IMG/VR virus record: IMGVR_UViG_3300032301_000859
Location: 1,306 to 65,305 of that record
Source: a virus
Lineage: Duplodnaviria > Caudoviricetes
Reading direction: 5' to 3' (one strand)
DNA length: 64,000 nucleotides
Shown here in pieces: positions 9,194 to 17,623 of this stretch. Each line of letters opens with the position of its first letter. The stretch's first letter is position 1. A program made the translations under genes and the position numbers. The notes beneath the pieces were generated by a model. That model was given only the letters and a program-made list of their open reading frames with translations. It did not search any database and was not told the origin of the DNA.

Positions 9194-9223
9194 CCTGCCA
9201 GGCGTGATCTTGTATAATAAATA
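9190..9223 (+). promoter_or_regulatory. Composite dnaK promoter: sigma70-type plus overlapping TAAATA late-type box
   Basis: TTGACC(9190)-17-TATAAT(9213); TAAATA at 9218-9223. Confidence 0.65.
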
Positions 9224-9228
9224 TGAAA

Positions 9229-9295
9229 CCTAGAGCATCAGACGCTTATACAAGGTCATAGCTCTAGTCTTGCTTTTAAAAGGAGAAATAATATG
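9229..9295 (+). promoter_or_regulatory. ROSE-like RNA thermometer candidate in the dnaK leader
   Basis: CTAGAGC/GCTCTAG stem, then TCTT-G-CTT..AAG-GAGA hairpin with UUGCU pairing over the SD. Confidence 0.55.
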
Positions 9296-11146
9296 ACTTG
9301 TATTGGAATTGATCTTGGAACCGGTAACTCTTGCGTGGCCATCATGGAAAATGGCCTACCTCGTGTTATAGAAAACGCAGAGGGTGCCCGCACGACACCC
9401 AGTATTATTGCATTCACAAACAACGAGATCCTAGTAGGACAATCTGCCAAAAGGCAGGCAGTCACCAATCCTGAACGCACACTCTATGAAATCAAACGTC
9501 TAATTGGTCGTAGATTTGATGATACTCTTGTTCAACAAGATGCTCGTGTGCTCCCCTATAATGTGGTAGAAGCTGAAAACGGGGATGCATGGGTAGAGGT
9601 GCAAGGCAAAAAAATGAGTCCTCAAGAGCTATCTGCGAAGATCCTGATTAAAATGAAGGAATCAGCTGAATCTCATCTGGGTAGGAAAGTCACACAAGCT
9701 GTAATTACTGTGCCAGCTTACTTCTCAGACTCACAACGTCAAGCAACCAAGGATGCAGGCACCATTGCAGGTCTGGAGGTGTTGAGAATTATTAACGAAC
9801 CCACGGCCGCAGCTCTAGCCTATGGCCTGGACAAACGTAACGGCGGTAAAGTGGTTGTGGTGGACGCAGGTTCAGGAACGCATGATGTGAGCGTGCTGGA
9901 AATTGCAGACGGTGTGTTTGAAGTGTTGAGCACAAATGGTGACACACACTTGGGTGGTTCCGACTTTGATGCTCGTATCATGGAGCACATTGTGGCAGAA
10001 TTCCGCAAAGTGGAACACATGGACCTCACCACAGACAAGATGGCCATGCAGCGTGTTAAAGAAGCTGCTGAAAAGGCCAAGATTGAACTGAGTAGTGCAC
10101 AGGACACAGAAATCAATCTGCCCTACATCACAGCAGATGCATCCGGTCCCAAGCATTTGGTGACCCGCATCACACGCAGCCAATTTGAACGTATGACTGA
10201 CGATCTGGTCAAACGTCTGATTGAGCCTTGCAAGGTGGCTTTGCGTGATGCACAACTGGATATCAGTCAAGTAGAGGAAGTCATCTTGGTGGGTGGGACC
10301 ACCCGTATTCCTGTGGTGCAACAGGCTATCAAGGACTTCTTTGGCAAAGAGCCCAATCGCAGTGTGAACCCTGATGAAGTGGTGGCCATGGGTGCTGCTG
10401 TGCAGGCAGGTGTGTTGCAGGGCGATGTGAAGGATGTGTTGCTGCTGGATGTGACTCCACTCAGTTTGGGAATTGAAACTCTCGGCGGCGTGTTCACTCG
10501 TCTGATTGAAAAGAACAGCACCATTCCCACCCGCAAGGAACAAGTGTTCAGCACTGCTGAAAATAACCAGAGCACTGTTACAATACGCGTGTTCCAGGGT
10601 GAGCGGCCCATGGCAGCAGACAACAAGAGCCTGGGTCAGTTTGAACTCACTGGTATTGCACCTGCTCCACGTGGTGTGCCACAGATTGCAGTCTGCTTCA
10701 ATATTTCAGTAGATGGAATCGTGGAAGTTAGTGCAAAAGATCTAGCCACAAACAAGGAACAAAGTATCAGCATCAAATCCAATGGTGGGTTAAGTCAAGA
10801 TGAGATCGATGAGCTAATTAAAGCTGCTGAAGTCAATGCACAAGCGGATGCAGCCAAGAAGGCTAGAGCTGAAGCACGCAACAACGCAGAGTCACTTGTG
10901 CATAGCACTCGTCAATCTCTTGATGACCATTCAGATAAGTTGCCTGATGACGTGAAGGCAGAAGTAGAGGAAGCATTAACAGCGTGTTCTGCAATACTGA
11001 ATGACAGTGATGCAGGCACTGAATCCATAAATGAGGCTTATACTGAACTACTAAACAAGAGCATGAAGATCGGGGAACTGCTATACAAGGCCCAACAAGA
11101 GGCTGAGGCAGCCAATCCTGGCGATAGCAACGCTACAGCAGCCTAA
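9293..11146 (+). CDS. dnaK: Molecular chaperone DnaK (Hsp70)
   Basis: [64 protein letters not shown]. Confidence 0.97.
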   Translation: MTCIGIDLGTGNSCVAIMENGLPRVIENAEGARTTPSIIAFTNNEILVGQSAKRQAVTNPERTLYEIKRLIGRRFDDTLVQQDARVLPYNVVEAENGDAWVEVQGKKMSPQELSAKILIKMKESAESHLGRKVTQAVITVPAYFSDSQRQATKDAGTIAGLEVLRIINEPTAAALAYGLDKRNGGKVVVVDAGSGTHDVSVLEIADGVFEVLSTNGDTHLGGSDFDARIMEHIVAEFRKVEHMDLTTDKMAMQRVKEAAEKAKIELSSAQDTEINLPYITADASGPKHLVTRITRSQFERMTDDLVKRLIEPCKVALRDAQLDISQVEEVILVGGTTRIPVVQQAIKDFFGKEPNRSVNPDEVVAMGAAVQAGVLQGDVKDVLLLDVTPLSLGIETLGGVFTRLIEKNSTIPTRKEQVFSTAENNQSTVTIRVFQGERPMAADNKSLGQFELTGIAPAPRGVPQIAVCFNISVDGIVEVSAKDLATNKEQSISIKSNGGLSQDEIDELIKAAEVNAQADAAKKARAEARNNAESLVHSTRQSLDDHSDKLPDDVKAEVEEALTACSAILNDSDAGTESINEAYTELLNKSMKIGELLYKAQQEAEAANPGDSNATAA

Positions 11147-11175
11147 AGCCTAGCTTGCAGTCGTTGTAAACTTGA

Positions 11176-11208
11176 AATGGGTGGTTCACAGTAACCACCC
11201 ATTTTTTT
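11176..11208 (+). terminator. Intrinsic terminator after dnaK
   Basis: AAATGGGTGGTT-cacagt-AACCACCCATTT followed by a T run. Confidence 0.85.
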
Positions 11209-11248
11209 GTTTAAATATCGAGTGACATAAAAACTAGGATGTGGTAAT

Positions 11249-11485
11249 ATGCAAATGGTTCCAGTGACTCTCAACGGTAAATCTGCTCTGGTGGAGGAAT
11301 TGGTTGTCTCCTGGATTGCTCGCAAAACCGAACTCACCAACCAGATATCAGACCTGCGTGTAGTTTTGAAAGACGCTGAGCCAAACACTGAACATCATCA
11401 GCAAGTTTTCAGTAGAATCCGGGTCATGGAAACTGAACTGGTGAACTTGAATCGTCGCATTTGGGCCAAAGCCCAATTCATTTGA
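11249..11485 (+). CDS. Hypothetical small coiled-coil protein
   Basis: 78-aa ORF after a TAAATA box, heptad-like C-terminal half. Confidence 0.6.
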   Translation: MQMVPVTLNGKSALVEELVVSWIARKTELTNQISDLRVVLKDAEPNTEHHQQVFSRIRVMETELVNLNRRIWAKAQFI

Positions 11486-11554
11486 TACAGACCTGCGGCT
11501 GCTGGAGGAACATGATCAACAGCTGCCTGATCTTCACACAAGTTATGTCTATAC

Positions 11555-11580
11555 AAGGCAGCTGATTCAGCTGCCTTTTT
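11555..11580 (+). terminator. Intrinsic terminator
   Basis: AAGGCAGCTG-att-CAGCTGCCTT-TTT. Confidence 0.8.
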
Positions 11581-11583
11581 CTG

Positions 11584-11611
11584 TTGACAATATGATAAAT
11601 CATGTTATTAT
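11584..11611 (+). promoter_or_regulatory. sigma70-type promoter, 16-bp spacer
   Basis: TTGACA-16-TATTAT with CATGT before the -10 box. Confidence 0.65.
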
Positions 11612-11638
11612 TCCCTAGTAAGCACAAGGATTATCCAT

Positions 11639-12079
11639 ATGCGTAGTAGCCAACTCAAGACTCCCACTGTTTCCAGCAAGGTGTCCACTGACCAATGCAA
11701 GAAGTTTATTGTGGACTTTGTTACACGCAATCCCAGTCTGATCATGAGCATTTATGGTGAGTCTGAATATCCTGAGGATCAGGAAGAGCTGGATCAGCTC
11801 ATGAAAGTGGCTGTCAAGCCTGGTAATTGGTCACGTACCCAGCGTTATATGATCACAAGTGATAGCAATAACTGCCCCACCAATTATGACTATAACCGCA
11901 AGCGTGATGTGAGCGTGGATGCATACAGTGTGGATCGTGATGGCACCTATGAAATCCCTATTGAAAGAATTACCTGGGTGCGAGAGTTTGATCTCAAGCC
12001 ATCAGAAGGCGCAGTAGCCTTTGCAGTGCTGGAAGATGTGGATGGTCATCTGCACATGGGTCCTTATATGGGCGACTGA
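11639..12079 (+). CDS. Hypothetical protein
   Basis: 146-aa ORF with AAGGA SD downstream of a promoter. Confidence 0.75.
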   Translation: MRSSQLKTPTVSSKVSTDQCKKFIVDFVTRNPSLIMSIYGESEYPEDQEELDQLMKVAVKPGNWSRTQRYMITSDSNNCPTNYDYNRKRDVSVDAYSVDRDGTYEIPIERITWVREFDLKPSEGAVAFAVLEDVDGHLHMGPYMGD

Positions 12080-12113
12080 CTTGTGCTCAACGTGTAGCTA
12101 GTAAAACCCACGT

Positions 12114-12647
12114 GTGCCACCCTTTTTTAGAGGTCTTGCAACTGTGCCAGAGTTTATTGTTTGCAGCAAGAGCCAGGTCAAGAAAACCGTCAAGCGATTT
12201 GAAGCCACCCATCTGGTAACCACACTGGATGTGGGGGACAGCATTTTCCGTCCTGTGAGTATTCCACCCCTCCATCATCTGCGCCTAAGCTTTGATGACG
12301 AGGAGGACCCACAAAGGCCCCATGCTCCTCAGTTGTTTCATGCTGAATCAATTCTGAATTGGGGCAGTCAACTACCACCTGATGCAAGAGTTGTCATCCA
12401 TTGTTTTGCGGGACAATGTCGCAGCACCGCCGTGGGGTTGGCTTTATGGTTGCAGGCAAATGGACTGCACAAGTTTGATGAGGCTCGTGCATGGCTGCTG
12501 GATCATAGGTCCTCAGCCTGCCCCAATCTGCTGTTGGCCAAGTATTTTGACCAACTGTTGCTCCTGGATGGTACGTTCTTGAGTTTTTGTGACAAAATTG
12601 GAGAGGACTGCATGGCCCGTTGGTGGAAGAACAACGTTCCTGATTGA
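12114..12647 (+). CDS. Protein-tyrosine/dual-specificity phosphatase-like protein
   Basis: CX5R signature VIHCFAGQCRS; HLRLSFDD; PNLLL. Confidence 0.8.
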   Translation: MPPFFRGLATVPEFIVCSKSQVKKTVKRFEATHLVTTLDVGDSIFRPVSIPPLHHLRLSFDDEEDPQRPHAPQLFHAESILNWGSQLPPDARVVIHCFAGQCRSTAVGLALWLQANGLHKFDEARAWLLDHRSSACPNLLLAKYFDQLLLLDGTFLSFCDKIGEDCMARWWKNNVPD

Positions 12648-12762
12648 TTACAAACAGCTTACAACACACCGCATAACGCAGCTAGGGTATATGAGCAAAG
12701 GCTCTTACATACAAATTGGAGCCAGCCGTCCCTATTCAAACAATAGTTCTTGGCTTTCCGTG

Positions 12763-13532
12763 TTACGTCTCGGATGCTGGAGGGTGTGGCTTATCTATTT
12801 GGGTATGGGATGACATTAAATTTGTCAATTGCTCTTGAGATATCGGATCAAGTTTAAATGCTTTTCTAACAATATTGATTGCATTTAATTTGTTCCCTAC
12901 TATTCTCCAATCATTTTCCCAATGGGAAAATGCACGAACAAAATACGATTTACTTCTTTTGTAGCTTCTTTCGTATTCAAGTCTTGCAAAAATCTCTGCA
13001 CAACTGGTAAAGCAGCTATTTGTGTAGGAGTTAATCCAGATCCATCAGGATTATGCATAGTAAGGGCATCTGCTATGGCAGTCTTTAAGGCATAAGGCAC
13101 TGATTCTTTACTCTTTGCCCTATTTGGGAAGTATCTGGTTAACACCCTACCTACTTTCCATATGATAGACTGTTCTGTAAAGTTAGGAAACAGTTTTTGA
13201 ATTTCTGGTAATCTAGCAAGTTGCTTTTGTGTTAGAGGTGGAGAATTTGGGTCATGAGATGCAAATGCATTTTCAATACTTTGTTTCAATTGATCTACTA
13301 GACCACCTCTTTTGCCTCTATCTTTAAAATGCCTACTTAAGATATTGTTTACCTTATCTTTGGTCTGTTTATCAGTAAGTCCAGGCATAAGATTTCTAAG
13401 ACTGGGTATGTTTATTAGTTCTACAGCCGATATGAATTTACCATTTAATTCACTACTGTCAAGGGTTTGACCTATTAATTGTTTAAGTTTTTCAGCTGTC
13501 TTTTCAGATTCAAATAATTCACTAATCTTCAT
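12763..13532 (-). pseudogene. Nuclease-deleted paralog of the neighbouring endonuclease: open ORF 13532->12900 plus an out-of-frame C-terminal remnant 12921->12763
   Basis: Starts MKISEL; three helical repeats; remnant WENDWRIVGNKLNAINIVRKAFKLDPISQEQL matches WESNWRSKAGKLNAINEIRKAFDLDPITQDEL of the neighbour. Confidence 0.75.
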
Positions 13533-13594
13533 CTCCGTCTCCACACACAGTTTGATATTTACCCAACTAGCACATAATCTGAATAAGCAGACAT
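13516..13594. repeat. Direct repeat copy A (promoter, SD and first codons)
   Basis: cgtctccacacacagtttgatatttacc.aactagcacataa.ctgaata shared with 14899-14982. Confidence 0.9.
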
Positions 13595-13688
13595 GGCAGA
13601 TGTTATCCAAGGCAATTATATACAAAGTGGGACCAACTCTTGCCACTTAGTTTCTATAATGCAAAACTAAAGTTTTTAGATTCTTATG

Positions 13689-14915
13689 TCATTTCTTGGC
13701 AGTCGGATGTTTGGGTTCATTTACTTGAGTATCAGATAGCAGTAAATCCTTCAGTTCGTCTTGGGTGATTGGATCAAGATCAAAAGCCTTTCTGATTTCA
13801 TTTATAGCATTCAATTTACCTGCTTTGGATCTCCAATTGCTTTCCCACACTACAACTACTTGATATCCTTGGCTTATAAGGTAATCAATTTTGGCCTTGT
13901 CTTTAAGCCAAATCTCACCCACAGTAAATCTAGTGTTGGGTATTTGTTGTGTGGGATCTTTGAATCTTTTGGGATTAGCATGCCAGAGATCACCAAAAAA
14001 CTCAATTGCTATTTTAGGCTTGGAAGCATGCAAGCCATCTATGTTGTAAAACAGCCTACCTTCTCTAGCTATTTTGAAATTTCGTTGTATGCCCACAATG
14101 CCTATCTTTTCAAGTTTATCAAATAAATCGTTTTCTGCTGCACTTACATTAGGATCTTTGGGCCTAGTTGCCATATGTTTTTGCAGCAATTCTGTATAAT
14201 AGTTGGGCAACACCCTTAGCCTGTTATATACAGCAGTTTCGCTTCTACCCAATGTGGATGCTATTTGTCCAAATGTTTGACCTTCTGCAAATTTTTCCTG
14301 GGCATATTCAACGTCTTTATCAGTTAAATTGGTTTTTTTCCTTTTCCTATCCGCATAATAAGTGTCTAAAATCATAGATATTCTATTGATAGATGAATCG
14401 TCTGTATTACCATAAAGCTCAAGGGCCACTTCTTTTTTAGATTTTCCTTGATCATATCCTGTTTTTGCAGCAACTATTTCTTCTTGTGTTACAGGAATAT
14501 TGATTTTTTTGTTAGATCTTTCGTGGTAATGGCTATACAGGATTTCGTTAACTCGCTGAATGGTTTTTTTGTCTGTTTTATCATATAGCTCTATGGCAAT
14601 TTGTTTACTGCTGTAGCCATCATCCTTGAGTTTTTTAACAGCTTCAACTTCATCATCAGTTGTGGGCACCATTATTTTTCTTTTGGGCCGGTCAGGCCAG
14701 TGCTGCTGTAATATCCATCCCACTTTTATCTCGGCTTTTTTTGGATCCATAGGTCCCAGTAATCTGGATACATCAGGCAGAGATGCTATTTCCCGATTTG
14801 TTCTAAACGAGTTGTTCACAGGATTTATATAACTGGATTTGATTATGTCTTTTAGATCTTGAGAAATAGGAAACCCTTTGGCTTCTTTGATATGCAACAA
14901 TTCACTTATCTTCAT
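13689..14915 (-). CDS. HTH-repeat protein with C-terminal Vsr/DUF559-like (EDxHD-type) endonuclease
   Basis: SAAE..LF..L, IDG, AIEFFGDLWHANP, KD..K..YL..QGYQVVVVWE; four helical repeats N-terminal. Confidence 0.8.
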   Translation of the reverse strand: MKISELLHIKEAKGFPISQDLKDIIKSSYINPVNNSFRTNREIASLPDVSRLLGPMDPKKAEIKVGWILQQHWPDRPKRKIMVPTTDDEVEAVKKLKDDGYSSKQIAIELYDKTDKKTIQRVNEILYSHYHERSNKKINIPVTQEEIVAAKTGYDQGKSKKEVALELYGNTDDSSINRISMILDTYYADRKRKKTNLTDKDVEYAQEKFAEGQTFGQIASTLGRSETAVYNRLRVLPNYYTELLQKHMATRPKDPNVSAAENDLFDKLEKIGIVGIQRNFKIAREGRLFYNIDGLHASKPKIAIEFFGDLWHANPKRFKDPTQQIPNTRFTVGEIWLKDKAKIDYLISQGYQVVVVWESNWRSKAGKLNAINEIRKAFDLDPITQDELKDLLLSDTQVNEPKHPTAKK

Positions 14916-14982
14916 TTGCGTCTCCACACACAGTTTGATATTTACCTAACTAGCACATAAGCTGAATATACAAAGCAGACAT
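14899..14982. repeat. Direct repeat copy B
   Basis: Near-identical to 13516-13594. Confidence 0.9.
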
Positions 14983-14989
14983 AGACATC

Positions 14990-15435
14990 ACGGTAAAGAA
15001 CTCCGTGGGCGGAAGGGATGGTCTCCATCAGGAACGCAAACAAATCAGCCCATTTCTGCTGGCTGGACCGGGAAGCACCGCTGCCTCCAGCATATGAAAA
15101 TCTACCAGTGCGAACCCGGAATATGATGACCACAGTAGGGGAATGGGTCGCTTCAAATTATCTTTCAAATGTGATGCATTTGATTAAATGGGTGGCTCTG
15201 GTCTGAGCTGATCAACCACCAGGAACATGTGTGTCACACAAGGCATGCACATGTTTTACCGCTGTGAGGTGATAAACCTCAGATAGCACATGATTTGCGA
15301 AAGCGAACACAGGTACCGGACAACCGCCTGTGGAGACAAACTCTCGAAATGTGGCCTTGTGTCCTGATCACTGCGTACCAAGATCTGGTTTATCTTTCCG
15401 GGTCATGCCGGGAAGATAGTCTCCTTCCTCCAGCA
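14990..15435 (+). ncRNA. Candidate large structured ncRNA, family unassigned
   Basis: No convincing ORF; at least 8 hairpins; GAAA tetraloop and G-U pairs favour the + strand; CpG-rich relative to the window. Confidence 0.55.
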
Positions 15436-15464
15436 CCCAATGATTAATAATTAAGCTGATAGTA

Positions 15465-15812
15465 TCAGTCTAAATGTTTGGTATTCCATAAACGCATGAG
15501 AATGCCTGCTAGTGCATTGGCTTCATTCTCTATATCACTTCCAGTCACACCATCAGCACCAGTTAATGGTGAAATTTGAGCCTGGGCTAGATGTACCAGC
15601 TCGTGGGCCAGCGTCCTCAAGCAATCTGTGGGATGACGATCTTTGCAACTGATCACAATCTTGTGTGTTTTAAAATCATAATAACCAAAACTGACCTGCG
15701 ATCCCACCTGAATGGGTTTATTAATCAACTGCACATGAATCTTGCCGCGCAGATTCAGCTTGGGCCTGCACCATTCAATAAACTCGCTGCATTGATTTCG
15801 ATAATCATTCAT
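15465..15812 (-). CDS. Small HExxH metallopeptidase-like protein
   Basis: LRTLAHELVHLAQ ... ENEANALAG; TAAATA-N5-ATG start. Confidence 0.8.
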   Translation of the reverse strand: MNDYRNQCSEFIEWCRPKLNLRGKIHVQLINKPIQVGSQVSFGYYDFKTHKIVISCKDRHPTDCLRTLAHELVHLAQAQISPLTGADGVTGSDIENEANALAGILMRLWNTKHLD

Positions 15813-15842
15813 GTGGTTATTTACTTATCTCATGCTCACAGA

Positions 15843-15874
15843 AAAGGGTCATGATCTCACAATCATGACCCTTT
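15843..15874 (-). terminator. Intrinsic terminator (possibly bidirectional)
   Basis: AAAGGGTCATGAT-ctcaca-ATCATGACCCTTT. Confidence 0.8.
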
Positions 15875-15891
15875 GTGTGGAAAACCCGCAG

Positions 15892-16080
15892 TTACTTTTG
15901 CTTGGAACTTGGTTGTGAGAAGGTTTCCATGATGCCAAATGCATCCTTGTATGGGTTATTCTTGACCACTTCAGTCACAAATTCCTGTGTGCTCTTCACA
16001 AAGGTCATGTGGGTGTTGTACACCATATTGGTCATGGTGGTCAGGTAGTCTGAATAAACTTGAAATAGGTTGTTGGTCAT
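15892..16080 (-). CDS. Small helical hypothetical protein (phasin-like pattern)
   Basis: AAGGAG SD before ATG16080; amphipathic helix pattern only. Confidence 0.55.
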   Translation of the reverse strand: MTNNLFQVYSDYLTTMTNMVYNTHMTFVKSTQEFVTEVVKNNPYKDAFGIMETFSQPSSKQK

Positions 16081-16243
16081 GATATGTACTCCTTGGTTGG
16101 GGTTAAAAAAGTTATTTAGTGGAACTTTGCTGCACCGCACAATAAGTATTAATTGTAAATCATGAGATGTCAAATAAACAAATTGTGTGGTTTACTGGGG
16201 AAATCTCCTTGACAAACATCCTACTATACATTTAAATATCTGT

Positions 16244-16293
16244 AGTGGACTATGGACTGTCTCAACCCACTTTAAACATTCTGCGCAGTCATC
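16244..16293 (+). promoter_or_regulatory. Putative H-type pseudoknot leader of queD
   Basis: AGTGG/CCACT stem; loop GACTG complementary to downstream CAGTC; begins 5 nt after TAAATA. Confidence 0.45.
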
Positions 16294-16319
16294 AAACATC
16301 GCTCAACAGGAGACAAGAG

Positions 16320-16802
16320 ATGGCTAAATGGATTAGCACAAAGACTTATAGGCAGATTGGGCCTGTGGCTTACCGCCAATGGAGAGCAGATAGTCATTGC
16401 AAATTTTTGCACGGATACGCGCTCAGCTTCCACCTAGAATTTGAGTGTGACACACTGGATGCTCGGAACTGGTGCATGGATTTCGGTGGTTTACGCCCTC
16501 TCAAAGAGAAACTAGAAGAATGGTTCGATCATACTCTCTTATTGGCACTTGATGATCCTCAGTATGCTGAGATCAAGAAATTAGGGGATCTGGGTCTGGC
16601 CAAGATAACTGAAGTTGAGAAAACAGGATGCGAAGGTATATCGGACTTCCTGTACAAATACATTAACGGTGTGTTCCTTCCTCAATGCGGGGCATCTGAA
16701 GCTGAACGAGTTTGGTGCAGTATGGTGCAGGTCCGTGAGACAGATGCCAATATGGCCATGAGGGTGGGCCACAGGGAAGATGGTGAGGAACTGTTCTCGT
16801 AA
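16320..16802 (+). CDS. queD: QueD-like 6-carboxytetrahydropterin synthase (PTPS family)
   Basis: SHCKFLHGYAL, WCMDFGGL, FDHTLL, GCE, VRETDAN; AGGAGA SD. Confidence 0.85.
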   Translation: MAKWISTKTYRQIGPVAYRQWRADSHCKFLHGYALSFHLEFECDTLDARNWCMDFGGLRPLKEKLEEWFDHTLLLALDDPQYAEIKKLGDLGLAKITEVEKTGCEGISDFLYKYINGVFLPQCGASEAERVWCSMVQVRETDANMAMRVGHREDGEELFS

Positions 16803-16823
16803 TAAATCCCTGAAATTTCCTGG

Positions 16824-16851
16824 TTGACAATCTGGATGATCATGCTACAAT
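16824..16851 (+). promoter_or_regulatory. sigma70-type promoter, 16-bp spacer
   Basis: TTGACA-16-TACAAT with CATGC. Confidence 0.7.
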
Positions 16852-16907
16852 GCCCTTGTTGTGCTAATAGAGCAAGGGAGCAGCATGTGCATCAAGGAGT
16901 TTGGTTC

Positions 16908-17324
16908 ATGACCCACAAGGATGACACCATCATGGACATGCTGAAAACCATGGCTGAAGACAACCAGAATGAGTTTAGGGCCAGATTGGCTGCTTGTATC
17001 ACATACAAGGGCAAGATTGTGAGTGTGGGGCTTAACAGACCCAAGAGCCATCCTTTTCAACTGCTGTATGGAAAAAACAAGGACAGTTTGTTTCTGCATG
17101 CAGAGGTTGATGCCATTTACAAGGCCACCAAGAGGCTGGATGCTCATGAGCTCAGCAAGAGCACACTTTATGTGGCGCGGGTCAAGCGTGTGAGTAGTGT
17201 GCACAAGGGTTTCATAAATGGCCTGGCTAGGCCTTGTGTGGGATGTGCTAGGTGTATTGCCAACTTTGGTATCAAAAAGGTGGTTTATACTACTGAACAT
17301 GGCTTTGATGTAGTTGAGTCTTGA
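16908..17324 (+). CDS. Zn-dependent cytidine/deoxycytidylate deaminase-like protein
   Basis: HAE ... PCVGC; IKKVVYT; AAGGAG SD. Confidence 0.82.
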   Translation: MTHKDDTIMDMLKTMAEDNQNEFRARLAACITYKGKIVSVGLNRPKSHPFQLLYGKNKDSLFLHAEVDAIYKATKRLDAHELSKSTLYVARVKRVSSVHKGFINGLARPCVGCARCIANFGIKKVVYTTEHGFDVVES

Positions 17325-17328
17325 CTGA

Positions 17329-17532
17329 GTGGCCATATTACCTTATCAGGTCATAGTGGCGGGTGACGAACGTTACCATCAAGTGAAATCTTGGTGTCTT
17401 ATACACTGGCCTTACACCCAGGGCGCCACCTGGTGCGAAATGTGCACAGGCTGTGATCAGAGAGGCAGAGTATTCAAGTTTTGGTTTCAACGACAAGAAG
17501 ATTTTCTACTATATCAAATCACTTGGACATAA
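17329..17532 (+). CDS. Small hypothetical protein
   Basis: WC...F.F....DF..Y..TW pattern, shared loosely with 30106-30333. Confidence 0.55.
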   Translation: MAILPYQVIVAGDERYHQVKSWCLIHWPYTQGATWCEMCTGCDQRGRVFKFWFQRQEDFLLYQITWT

Positions 17533-17623
17533 CAAATCATACTGTATTTGGTTACAAGATGGTTCTTACTAAGCGAATTTATAAATAGTTTGCAAACTAC
17601 TGAAATTCATCAAGGAGCATCTT

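Noticed and set aside
9256-10712. Long antisense or alternate-frame ORFs over dnaK (similarly over the VWA gene, lysS, rIIA and the fibre genes)
   Set aside because: Shadow ORFs of strongly conserved genes, without SD, promoter or motifs
12650-15445. Group I intron carrying the endonuclease
   Set aside because: No flanking split exon (both neighbours end in normal stops and converge) and no recognisable P7/R-S motifs; not excluded without a covariance-model search
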